Of a stretch of 19,612 nucleotides of DNA, positions 8,169 through 16,350 are shown piece by piece. Origin of the DNA: Candidatus Iainarchaeum sp. GTDB lineage: Archaea; Iainarchaeota; Iainarchaeia; Iainarchaeales; JAZDFD01. Within the stretch, counting starts at the first letter, position 1, and the number at the start of each line of letters is the position of its first letter. Under the pieces are notes generated by a model. That model worked only from the letters and a program-made list of their open reading frames with translations, did no database searches and was not told the origin of the DNA. Made by a program: the position numbers and the translations under genes. The stretch is taken from the NCBI GenBank assembly GCA_043808155.1, contig JAZDFD010000007.1, positions 1 to 19,612 of the forward strand. Reading direction: 5' to 3'.

Positions 8169-9413
8169 TTGCCTCGTATAAATATATTGGTTGATAGTTT
8201 GAAAAGAGCAATACAATTACAAATTGCTGATTTAACAAAATCAAAGACAAATGCTTTAAAAGAATTTAGCCAACAGGCTGTAAGCCTTGCTAATCTCTTA
8301 CTATCCAAAAGAAAAACTAAGCGATTGATGGACTTACATAACGCCACATATTTAACAAGCAAGAAAAACACCCCTTTTAATTCCCAAATTATCTGTGATA
8401 TTGAAAGAACTGTTGTTATATGTAAAGGAAAATATCTCAGAGCAATTACTGTCAAATTTAATGTTCCTCGCAACTGCAAGACTTTTGAAACAAAAGCCAA
8501 TTATTTTATTAGACTTGGAATGTATCCAAGAAAACGCTTTGCTGTTCCAATTAAACAGAATAGGAATTATCAAAGGTTTAAGTCCCTTCTTGAAAATGGT
8601 TGGATTTGTAAAACTTATGGGCTTACTTCCAATCTTGAAATAGTTGCATATCTTTCTAAAGAAGAAATTGAACTGCCTCAACGAAAAAACATTCTTGGTA
8701 TTGACATCAATAGCAAATGCTTTGCTGTTTCTGTTGTTTCTCCTGCTGGAAAAGTATTGAAGCAGACCTATTTTGGAAAGGACATCTGGGTAAAACGAAA
8801 AAAAATTTTTGAAAGAAAGGAAAGACTGCAATCTTTTGCTGATAGAGGAAGTAATCGAGCAAAAAAAAGCCTTGAAAGACTTAAACATAGGGAGCATAAC
8901 TTTGTTAAAAATCGGCTTGGCGAAGTTGTTAGAGATATTACTGAGATGGCTATTGAATATAATGCAGATATTGCTATTGAAAATCTTAAACGCTTTTCTC
9001 CAAAAGGAAAGCGATTTAACAAAGAAGTTATGCGTATCCCTTTCTATTCTTTTAAACAACTTCTTGAATCCCGATGTTTTGATAAAAATATTATGCTTAA
9101 TGTTGTTGATGCCTACCATACGAGTAAATGGTGTAGCCACTGCGGTGCTGTTGGCAAAGGGCATTCCAGCAATTATTCCTTGTTTAAATGCAAAGAATGC
9201 GGTCAAATAGTCAATAGTGATAGGAAGGCAAGCCTTGCTGTCGCTGTCAAATCCCTTTTGGAGCGGAAAAATCAAGCTATCAACCATAACTTGTTCTTCC
9301 AGTTTACCAATAGGCAAGTCCCTGTAAACGGGCTTCTGCGTCAAAATGACGAGTTTGTTTCTAATAGTGCTGTGCATCTTGATTCATCTCCGATTGAAAG
9401 CCCACTACTTTAG
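8169..9413 (+). CDS. tnpB: TnpB RNA-guided RuvC endonuclease (Cas12f/Cas14-related)
   Basis: RuvC-I LGIDIN, RuvC-II IAIENL, zinc finger CSHC...CKEC and RuvC-III VNSDRKAS; all three acidic catalytic positions are present. The true start may be TTG 8187. Confidence 0.93.
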   Translation: MPRINILVDSLKRAIQLQIADLTKSKTNALKEFSQQAVSLANLLLSKRKTKRLMDLHNATYLTSKKNTPFNSQIICDIERTVVICKGKYLRAITVKFNVPRNCKTFETKANYFIRLGMYPRKRFAVPIKQNRNYQRFKSLLENGWICKTYGLTSNLEIVAYLSKEEIELPQRKNILGIDINSKCFAVSVVSPAGKVLKQTYFGKDIWVKRKKIFERKERLQSFADRGSNRAKKSLERLKHREHNFVKNRLGEVVRDITEMAIEYNADIAIENLKRFSPKGKRFNKEVMRIPFYSFKQLLESRCFDKNIMLNVVDAYHTSKWCSHCGAVGKGHSSNYSLFKCKECGQIVNSDRKASLAVAVKSLLERKNQAINHNLFFQFTNRQVPVNGLLRQNDEFVSNSAVHLDSSPIESPLL

Positions 9414-9445
9414 TCGTGGGTTGTTTACCCTGTCACCTGATTCAA
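9280..9445 (+). ncRNA. Putative TnpB omegaRNA (reRNA) scaffold plus flanking guide
   Basis: Stem AAGTCC/GGGCTT (9316-9335) whose loop GTAAAC is complementary to terminal GTTTAC (9423-9428). Also hairpin CGTCA-AAA-TGACG (9339-9351) and the right-end hairpin 9401-9420. Both ends are approximate. Confidence 0.65.
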
Positions 9446-10942
9446 ATCATTTTTGTAAAAATATTTTTCAGTAAGTTTTCTGGTTTTCAAATCAATTACT
9501 GGCACAATTCCCGGAGTTGGTGTATGTCCTAATTTTGCTTGAAATGCAGTTTTTGCCTGGAATGTTCCTGAACAAATTGCACTACAGCCCCTATAAGTTC
9601 CATAACCATTGTGGTGCATCTCACCCATGAAAAAGAAATCAGGCACCTCCCTTATCAGCATGAAATTTTTCTTTTCAGGAACATATGGCTGGCGCGTCCC
9701 ATAAGCAGGCATTAAATCACGCCTTTTAAGAATTTCAATCATTCCCTCATGAGGTCTGCTTAAATCAAGGAAATTAACATTGCTGTGAAGATCGTGCAAA
9801 CATCCTCCGTGATACATTAAAACATTAAAACCCTCAATTTCCACTCTGCCAGGCGAACCAATAAGATGTACATTTTTCATTTCATAAAGTTCCGGAACTA
9901 ATGTTTTTGGAAGTGCAGGCTGAGGGTCTGCATGCCTTACTGCATCATGATTTCCCGGAATCATTACAATTTCAATATGTTCCGGAATCTGTTTAATATA
10001 CTCAACAAATTGTTCATATTGTTTAGTTATACTTTTGACACTCAGTTCATCATACTGGTTTGGATAAATCCCAATTCCATCAACATTGTCACCAGTCATC
10101 ACAATATACTTCACTTTACCAGCTGCTTCTCTTTCCTTTTCAGAAGCAATTTCACAATTTATCCATGCTAAAAATTTATTAAATGCATTTTCCAGATGAA
10201 GTTTACTTCCGACGTGCAAATCAGTAAGCCCGACAATTGAAATATCCTCATTAATTGTTTTCATTTCACGTATTGGCAAATCAGGTAAATAAATTTCATT
10301 TGCAAGAACAAGTTCATCACTTAGTTTAGTTGCTTTAATACCAATTACATCATCAAGTATAATTCTATCACTTGCTTTCTGCATTGCATGATCATTTTTT
10401 GAAAAAACAACAATGCATTTCCCATCCAAATCTTCAAGCTCTACTGCCGTATGCCCGTTTTTAGTTACCCATTTTTTTGAAATCATTCCAATTAAATCAA
10501 TTTTCTCTTTATCAGGAATTGATTTTATTTTTGAAATTTCTCTTGGTGCAAGAGCATGCCTCTTGTTCAGTTCATTTTTCAGAAATTCGAATTTGCTCTG
10601 GAACATATTCAAAAAATCTTTCACACTTCCGCCACAATTACTCTGCCCAGTAACATCCCATTCTGAAATAATTTTTAAATTAGAATCATAGTCTTTTGCT
10701 TTTGGTTTAAAATGTGATTTTACTGCAACAACTTCTTTCTCAACAGAATCCAGTTTTGTTTTCAATACTTTATTCTTTAAATTTTCAACACTTACTGTGA
10801 ACTCATTCGCATTTGCAATTTCATCTATGATTTCTTTGAAATCATCTCTGTCTTTAAGAAGTTTTAATGCCCCTGGCTCTACAAAAAGATTTTTCTCATT
10901 TGCATAACTTACAATTGCCTGTTCTTTTTCATTATGTGCCAT
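9425..10942 (-). CDS. polB: DNA polymerase D small subunit DP1 (3'-5' proofreading exonuclease, calcineurin-like phosphoesterase fold)
   Basis: OB-fold region (ELEDLDG...DDVIGI), TDLHVGS, GDNVDGIGIYPNQ, PGNHDAVRHADPQP, YHG, GTFQAKTAFQ and PTPGIVP. The stop codon overlaps the IS right end. Confidence 0.96.
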   Translation of the reverse strand: MAHNEKEQAIVSYANEKNLFVEPGALKLLKDRDDFKEIIDEIANANEFTVSVENLKNKVLKTKLDSVEKEVVAVKSHFKPKAKDYDSNLKIISEWDVTGQSNCGGSVKDFLNMFQSKFEFLKNELNKRHALAPREISKIKSIPDKEKIDLIGMISKKWVTKNGHTAVELEDLDGKCIVVFSKNDHAMQKASDRIILDDVIGIKATKLSDELVLANEIYLPDLPIREMKTINEDISIVGLTDLHVGSKLHLENAFNKFLAWINCEIASEKEREAAGKVKYIVMTGDNVDGIGIYPNQYDELSVKSITKQYEQFVEYIKQIPEHIEIVMIPGNHDAVRHADPQPALPKTLVPELYEMKNVHLIGSPGRVEIEGFNVLMYHGGCLHDLHSNVNFLDLSRPHEGMIEILKRRDLMPAYGTRQPYVPEKKNFMLIREVPDFFFMGEMHHNGYGTYRGCSAICSGTFQAKTAFQAKLGHTPTPGIVPVIDLKTRKLTEKYFYKNDLNQVTG

Positions 10943-10950
10943 TACGAACC

Positions 10951-11223
10951 CTATTTCAGTTTTTCTTTAACTGACTCAAGTTCGGATATAATGTTCCATA
11001 TTTCAGTTCTTGTATGTGCAGGCATATTTATGTCATTGCTCACATCATCAAGAAGATAAATTGCTTCTGAAAATTTCAAACCTGTTGCATCTTTAAGGTC
11101 AGAAATTTTGTTTTTTGCTTCATCAATTGCATTTCTTATGTTTCTTGGAACAGACCTGTCTTCTATGACTTCTTCCATCATTTCGGCAAGTTCTAGGATT
11201 TGTTTTTTCATTTCTTTATCCAT
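10951..11223 (-). CDS. UPF0147 family protein
   Basis: DRSVPRNIR and LDDVSNDINMPAHTRTEIWNIISELE motifs. ATG 11223 follows a G-rich SD. Confidence 0.9.
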   Translation of the reverse strand: MDKEMKKQILELAEMMEEVIEDRSVPRNIRNAIDEAKNKISDLKDATGLKFSEAIYLLDDVSNDINMPAHTRTEIWNIISELESVKEKLK

Positions 11224-11307
11224 ATTCTTACCCCCCACAAAATAGCGTTAAACGGAAAAATCAATTAAGATCCCTTTAACTCGAGTATATTTAATATAGA
11301 AAGTAAG

Positions 11308-11320
11308 TTATATAAATAAA
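11308..11320 (-). promoter_or_regulatory. Putative TATA box for the UPF0147-DP1-DP2 operon
   Basis: Minus strand reads TTTATTTATATAA in the intergenic gap upstream of UPF0147. Confidence 0.4.
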
Positions 11321-11355
11321 ACGATTAGCGCACGTCTGACACTCAGAAGTCAAAT

Positions 11356-11547
11356 TCAGTTGGTTTTTTTGACTCTCACAACAGTTGCATAAAGCCCTAT
11401 TATGATGAAAAGAAGCCCTACCAGTGACATCATCAGAACGATATTACTCACCATATCCAATTGCGGTGCAATTGTGGTCTGAATCTCATAGGCTATGACA
11501 TTTCCAAGAATAAGGGCTATAAACCCAAGAATAATTGCTCGTTTCAT
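11356..11547 (-). CDS. Small membrane protein (two hydrophobic segments)
   Basis: 63 aa with MKR plus a hydrophobic helix, a second helix IVLMMSLVGLLFIIIGLYATVV and a basic tail. Fills an otherwise empty gap. Confidence 0.7.
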   Translation of the reverse strand: MKRAIILGFIALILGNVIAYEIQTTIAPQLDMVSNIVLMMSLVGLLFIIIGLYATVVRVKKTN

Positions 11548-11583
11548 TACATTATATACGTTATGAAACTATTAAAAGATTGC

Positions 11584-12609
11584 TTATTTTTTCGATGCAC
11601 CGCTTTTTCTTGCATATCTTTCTGGTGCCTGAAGTTTAAGTTTTTCCACAATTATTTCCAGAAGTCCTGATTCCACATTCTCTCCTTCGAGTATGACATT
11701 TTTAAGTCCTGCTTTCGCTTTTTTGATTTCTTCTTCTGTGGCAATATCTGTCTTATTAATTATTACACGGAAAGGAATTTTGAAATCATCTTTCATATCG
11801 TTCAGGAGTTTTCTTTGTTCTGCTAATGCGTATCCGCAACGTTCAGTCGGATCAATAATAAAAAGAATCAACTCCCCAAGATGATTCAACGCACTTATTG
11901 CACGCTTCTCAACAAGATTTCTTTTTTCAATTGGTCTGTCCAGCAAACCAGGTGTATCAATTACCTGAATTTTATGATACTTATATGTGAAATAACCCAT
12001 CATCAAATTCTTTGTTGTGAATGGGTAATGTGCAATTTCAGGACTTGATTTTGTAAGTCTTTTAAGAATCGTAGATTTTCCTGTGTTTGGAAAACCAGCT
12101 AAAATCACAGTTGGCAGGTGTGTTTTTATTTTAGGAATTGTCTGCATTTTTTTTCTCGCAGTGTCATAAACCTCCAGGCTTTTTCTGCAGTTCTTCATCG
12201 CAGAAGACGCTCTTCCAAAAAATGCTCTGGTGAGTTCTGAAACTTCCATAGGATTTTAATCAGATGTTAATCTGTTAATTCTTGCAATATGCTTTTTTTT
12301 AAGTTCTGCAATAATTTTTGCAGTTGAAATCATTTTTGAAAGTGCCTGCTTTAATTCATCTACATCAAGTGTAGCATACATAAGTTCTTTGTAAAATGGG
12401 GCCATTTCATCAATTCTTGGAAAATCATTAACTGCTTCTATGAGCTTTTTATTAAGCTGATTTGCTGCTGTTGCAACTTTTTTAGCATTTTTATTCTTAG
12501 CGTCCTTTAGCCTGTTTCTAAGCCTTTTCTCCTTTGAGGCTTCCTTTACTGCTCTTGAATATGCTGAATCAATAAGTTCTTTCTCAGTTCCTAAATATTT
12601 GATGTCCAT
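11584..12609 (-). pseudogene. NOG1/GTPBP4-family (OBG-like) GTPase interrupted by one in-frame TAA at 12256-12258
   Basis: The N-terminal helical domain (SAYSRA...FPRIDEMAPFYKEL) and the G-domain (GFPNTGKST, YPFTTK, IDTPG, NKTD) are in the same frame: ...RLTSD-TAA-NP-MEV.... Could be a nonsense allele, a split gene or a sequence error. Confidence 0.75.
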
Positions 12610-12694
12610 CGCAACTCCCTTTCCCACTCACTTTTTTAATCCTTTCCTAAATAGAATAATACAATAGTATTTATTACTCTTTTCTGGTGAAAAA

Positions 12695-13756
12695 ATGGAT
12701 TTTGGTAAGCTTTATAAACGAAATTACAAGCCTTATGTTTTTTTAGTTCTAGCTCTTGCAGTGCTATTCTTATTTTTCATATTAGTAAGCCCAGGTCTCA
12801 AATTAGGCATGGACTTCACTGGAGGCACTCTAATAAGCATTGATCTGGATAAACCCATTGACCCAAAAGAGGTAGAAGCCAAGATTATAAGCAAATTCCC
12901 GCTAAGCAATGTAACTGTAATTTCAAGAAGCAGTTCTGTTGGTTATGGTATAGATCTTCAGTATGCAGAAAATACAATCATTTCAGATGCTCAAAAAGAA
13001 CTTGACTTAGCAGAGTCTCTTTTTGAATCAAACCCCGTAGAATTCCAGACACATGCAAAAAACGTAATTGCACTTGTGTCACCATACTACATTCCCGAAA
13101 GCATTCCTTCTGACAATGATGCACTTCTTAAAACTGCGAGAAATTCACTTATTGATGCCAAAACAAACTTTGATAAGCAACTTCAGGATTTCCTTGTAAA
13201 TGAATTTGATTTGTCTGAAAATATCGCATTCCAGAAAAAAGAAATTGGTGCAGCTTTGGGAAATGCATTTTGGGAAACAGGAATTTTTGTTGCATTAGTT
13301 GCATTTGCACTCATTACAATTGTCATATTTATTTTCTTCAGAGAAATAGTTCCAACTATTGCAATAATTGCAGCTGCAAGTTTTGATATTCTCGGGGGAA
13401 TTGGTTTAATGTCATTCTTCGGAATCCCACTTTCATTAGTGAGTATTCCTGCATTACTAATGCTTGTTGGTTACTCAGTTGACACAGATATTCTTCTCAC
13501 TACGCGCGTATTAAAAAGAAAAGGACAAACACCTGCTGACAGAGCAGGAGAAAGTATGAAAACAGGACTTACAATGACATTAACAACATTTGTTGCACTG
13601 CTTTCAATGCTTATAATTTCATATTTTACTCAGATTTCAGTAATTTTTGAAATCACTGCAGTTCTATTATTTGGTTTAGCTGCTGATACAATTTCTACGT
13701 GGTTTATGAATGCACCATTACTTTTGTGGTATGCTGAAAGGAAGGGTGTGAAATAA
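12695..13756 (+). CDS. secF: Protein translocase subunit SecF
   Basis: LKLGMDFTGGT and LLMLVGYSVDTDILLTTRVLKR motifs, 6-TM pattern, SD GGTGA. Confidence 0.95.
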   Translation: MDFGKLYKRNYKPYVFLVLALAVLFLFFILVSPGLKLGMDFTGGTLISIDLDKPIDPKEVEAKIISKFPLSNVTVISRSSSVGYGIDLQYAENTIISDAQKELDLAESLFESNPVEFQTHAKNVIALVSPYYIPESIPSDNDALLKTARNSLIDAKTNFDKQLQDFLVNEFDLSENIAFQKKEIGAALGNAFWETGIFVALVAFALITIVIFIFFREIVPTIAIIAAASFDILGGIGLMSFFGIPLSLVSIPALLMLVGYSVDTDILLTTRVLKRKGQTPADRAGESMKTGLTMTLTTFVALLSMLIISYFTQISVIFEITAVLLFGLAADTISTWFMNAPLLLWYAERKGVK

Positions 13757-15369
13757 TGTCGGATAATTTGTTAAAGAACTGGCAGGTTATGATTCTCATT
13801 GCTGCACTTGTACTTTCATTTGCAGTTTTAGCAATCAATGGTCTCAAATTCGGAATTGATTTTGAAGGCGGAACAATATTTTACATTCACTTAGCAGAAT
13901 CAGTTGAAGATGCAGATGAAATGTCACAAATTGTTACCACAATTTCTCAAAGATTAGACTGGACAGGATTGAAAGATACAAAAGTTGTTCCATGGGGTAA
14001 GGATTTTCTAGTTGTTCAAATTGCAGAAACAGATCCTGACACAGTTGAACGAATGGAAGCATTACTAAAAAAACAGGGACGATTTGAAGTCACAATTAAT
14101 GGTGATTTAATTTTCACTGGTGACGAAATCATAAAAATCACAAAAGACCCTGCTCAGGGTTATGGTTTCCGAAAAGAAGGCGACACTTACCAATGGCTTT
14201 TGCCTTTCACTCTGAAGAGTACTGCTGCACAAAGTTTTACTGAAAAAACATTCCACAAATGTACAATTTCAGCATATGATCCGCAATATGGGTCACAATA
14301 TGACTGTGATAGAACATACTTTTTCATTGACAGACCAGTTAATTCTATTTTAATAATCCCGCGTGAAATTTATGAATCTGATAAACTGAGTTTTATTGCT
14401 GGCAATCAAAATGAAAACATTCCTCAGAACACAAAAGTTGATGAAGTATTAGTTAATTCTGCTCTCACTTATTTTATTGTTGATGATGCGCTCTCAGAAG
14501 AACAAATCACCGAATTAGAAACTCATGTTTCAAGTAATGAAGAAATGACTGCATTAATCCATGTCGACATTTCCTCAGCTGATAAACAAAAACTTTCAGA
14601 TATTGGTTACGTTCTCAAAGAATCAACTAATTCAGGAAACACACCCTGGATTTGGGATGTTACAAACACAAGACAAGTTATTTCACTAAGTGAAGATGTA
14701 ACCAACATGAATGTTGCAAAAATAGAAGATGCAGAATTATTTTCTGATTTAGTTATCAGGGGGTTTGCATCTGATGCTGAACAAGCACAATCACGTTTAA
14801 GTGATTTAACAATTCTTTTAGAATCAGGTTCATTAAGTACACCTGTTGACAGCATAAGTAAGGAAACAATCTCGCCTTTGTTAGGTGAAAGATTCTTATT
14901 CAATGCCGGAGTTATGGGCTTAATTGCATTAATTCTTGTTGCAATTGTAATTTACATAAGATACAGGATTTTTAATTTGATGATTCCGATTATTCTTACA
15001 GGGCTAAGTGAAGTTATAATAATTTTAGGTTTTGCATCTTTGATTAAATGGAATCTTGATTTAGCTGCAGTTGCTGGTATTTTAGCAGTTGTGGGAACTG
15101 GTGTTGATCACCAGATTGTAATAACTGATGAATTAATGAAAGGCGAAGGAGATGCAGAAGCATCATTCATCACCAGAATAAAAAGAGCATTCTTCATTAT
15201 TGTTGCTGCAGCATCAACAACTATTGTTACAATGCTGCCAATTGTTTTGTTTGGTTTCGGATTCGGAAAACTTGTCGGATTCGCAATCACAACAATTGTC
15301 GGTGTTTTAGTCGGTGTTTTCATCACAAGACCTGCATTTGGTGAACTCGCAAAGAAAGTTCTGAGATAA
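13756..15369 (+). CDS. secD: Protein translocase subunit SecD
   Basis: LKFGIDFEGGT, LESGSL, ISPLLGERF, GTGVDHQIVITDE and VFITRPAF. TAATG overlap with secF. Confidence 0.95.
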   Translation: MSDNLLKNWQVMILIAALVLSFAVLAINGLKFGIDFEGGTIFYIHLAESVEDADEMSQIVTTISQRLDWTGLKDTKVVPWGKDFLVVQIAETDPDTVERMEALLKKQGRFEVTINGDLIFTGDEIIKITKDPAQGYGFRKEGDTYQWLLPFTLKSTAAQSFTEKTFHKCTISAYDPQYGSQYDCDRTYFFIDRPVNSILIIPREIYESDKLSFIAGNQNENIPQNTKVDEVLVNSALTYFIVDDALSEEQITELETHVSSNEEMTALIHVDISSADKQKLSDIGYVLKESTNSGNTPWIWDVTNTRQVISLSEDVTNMNVAKIEDAELFSDLVIRGFASDAEQAQSRLSDLTILLESGSLSTPVDSISKETISPLLGERFLFNAGVMGLIALILVAIVIYIRYRIFNLMIPIILTGLSEVIIILGFASLIKWNLDLAAVAGILAVVGTGVDHQIVITDELMKGEGDAEASFITRIKRAFFIIVAAASTTIVTMLPIVLFGFGFGKLVGFAITTIVGVLVGVFITRPAFGELAKKVLR

Positions 15370-15450
15370 TTCTTATTCTGATATTTATCTCATTAGTATT
15401 TGCAGTATTCAATTGTAACGGTGGAATAGCATTAACGATTTTTTAATAAT

Positions 15451-15717
15451 TTAAGGGAGCATCTGGCCCCAGAAAGTTACAAAGTAGCCACCTTCGCAGC
15501 TGGCAACATACCTTCCGAAAGGAAACCAACCTACTTTGTAGTCGCAAATTAATTTACCGGTTTGTTTGTCTATCGTTCCATCTATGTGAGCTCTTTCCTG
15601 AAAAACTTTATCTTGAATGGCTTGGTCATCAAGCCAGGGTGCCCAAGTAAACAAAATCAGAAGCAACATCATAGCAGATATTAAAATTTTTATTTTTTGT
15701 TTCATTTTCTTCATCAT
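15451..15717 (-). CDS. Small secreted or membrane-anchored hypothetical protein
   Basis: 88 aa with a basic N-terminus, a hydrophobic helix and a Cys pair in CDYKVGWFPFGRYVASCEGGYFVTFWG. Confidence 0.7.
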   Translation of the reverse strand: MMKKMKQKIKILISAMMLLLILFTWAPWLDDQAIQDKVFQERAHIDGTIDKQTGKLICDYKVGWFPFGRYVASCEGGYFVTFWGQMLP

Positions 15718-15775
15718 CTTTTCTTTTTCAGCCAGTCATTATTTAAAATTATGATGGTTTTACTCAAAATTATTA

Positions 15776-16300
15776 TTACCAAGGCACGTTTTTTAATTTC
15801 ATTTTAAATGCAATGTAATTAGTTACTCTGTGAAGTATTACTGTTACGCCTGCAATGAATATAATTCCCCAAAATGAAGGTGCGTAAAACACACTTCCAA
15901 AAATAATTCCACCTGCAACAAAATCAAGCTGGTCAAGCAGGAATACCGGTGCACCTCTTTTAATCCCGATTCTTCTTTTAACAAAGCTTCCTACAAGGTC
16001 ACCAAATAACGCTCCAAATGCAACAAACAATCCAAAAAACACTGTTTGAGGAACTGGAAAATTAGTGAAATTAAGCAAAAAATATTGTGTCAGTAATGCT
16101 ACGCCCCAACCCGAAAGCACACCAATTGCAAATCCTCTGAAGGTTTTTCCCTCACCAAATAAACGTTTGCCATCAAAGAAATTCTTTCCAAAATCAATTG
16201 GAGTCAAACCCCCGATAAGAACAGGCACTGCATTGCTCACATATAGTGGTATTGCGAAAAGAAGCAGTTCGATTGCAAAATCCTCAAATACCAAAACCAT
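15776..16300 (-). CDS. carS: CDP-archaeol synthase
   Basis: NAVPVL..G.TPIDFGKNFFDGKRLFGEGKTFRG and GALFGDLVGSFVKRRIG...LLDQLDF motifs. ATG 16300 follows SD-like GAGTGA. Confidence 0.92.
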   Translation of the reverse strand: MVLVFEDFAIELLLFAIPLYVSNAVPVLIGGLTPIDFGKNFFDGKRLFGEGKTFRGFAIGVLSGWGVALLTQYFLLNFTNFPVPQTVFFGLFVAFGALFGDLVGSFVKRRIGIKRGAPVFLLDQLDFVAGGIIFGSVFYAPSFWGIIFIAGVTVILHRVTNYIAFKMKLKNVPW

Positions 16301-16318
16301 GATATCACTCTGAATATC

Positions 16319-16328
16319 CTTATATAAG
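16319..16328. promoter_or_regulatory. Palindromic TATA box in the carS/sppA divergent gap
   Basis: CTTATATAAG is its own reverse complement and ends 22 nt before the sppA ATG. Confidence 0.5.
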
Positions 16329-16350
16329 TTATGCACTTTCTTTAAATTTA

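Larger units (their letters stand above)
8070..9428 (+). mobile_element. Non-autonomous IS200/IS605-family (IS1341-type, tnpB-only) insertion sequence
   Basis: Matching subterminal hairpins CCCACAAATTTATTCGTGGG (8122-8141) and CCCACTACTTTAGTCGTGGG (9401-9420). Right end has AAAG before the hairpin and terminal TTAC (9425-9428). No tnpA, terminal inverted repeats or target duplication. Left boundary inferred after GGAT (8066-8069). Confidence 0.88.

Noticed and set aside
8070-8190. IStron (group I intron-IS chimera)
   Set aside because: The left end is only ~100 nt with no group I core, the element is antisense to the host gene, and it ends in C rather than G on its own strand.
8169-9413. Cas14/Cas12f CRISPR effector
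   Set aside because: No CRISPR array or cas1/2/4 in the window, and IS200/IS605 end hairpins flank the gene.
8070-9428. On the host strand the element begins GTAA and ends AG, like a GT-AG intron
   Set aside because: Archaea have no spliceosome. GTAA is simply the complement of the TTAC right end, and no convincing bulge-helix-bulge was found at the junctions.
12256-12258. Selenocysteine/pyrrolysine or genetic code reassignment
   Set aside because: The codon is TAA, not TGA/TAG, and TAA terminates many genes in this window.
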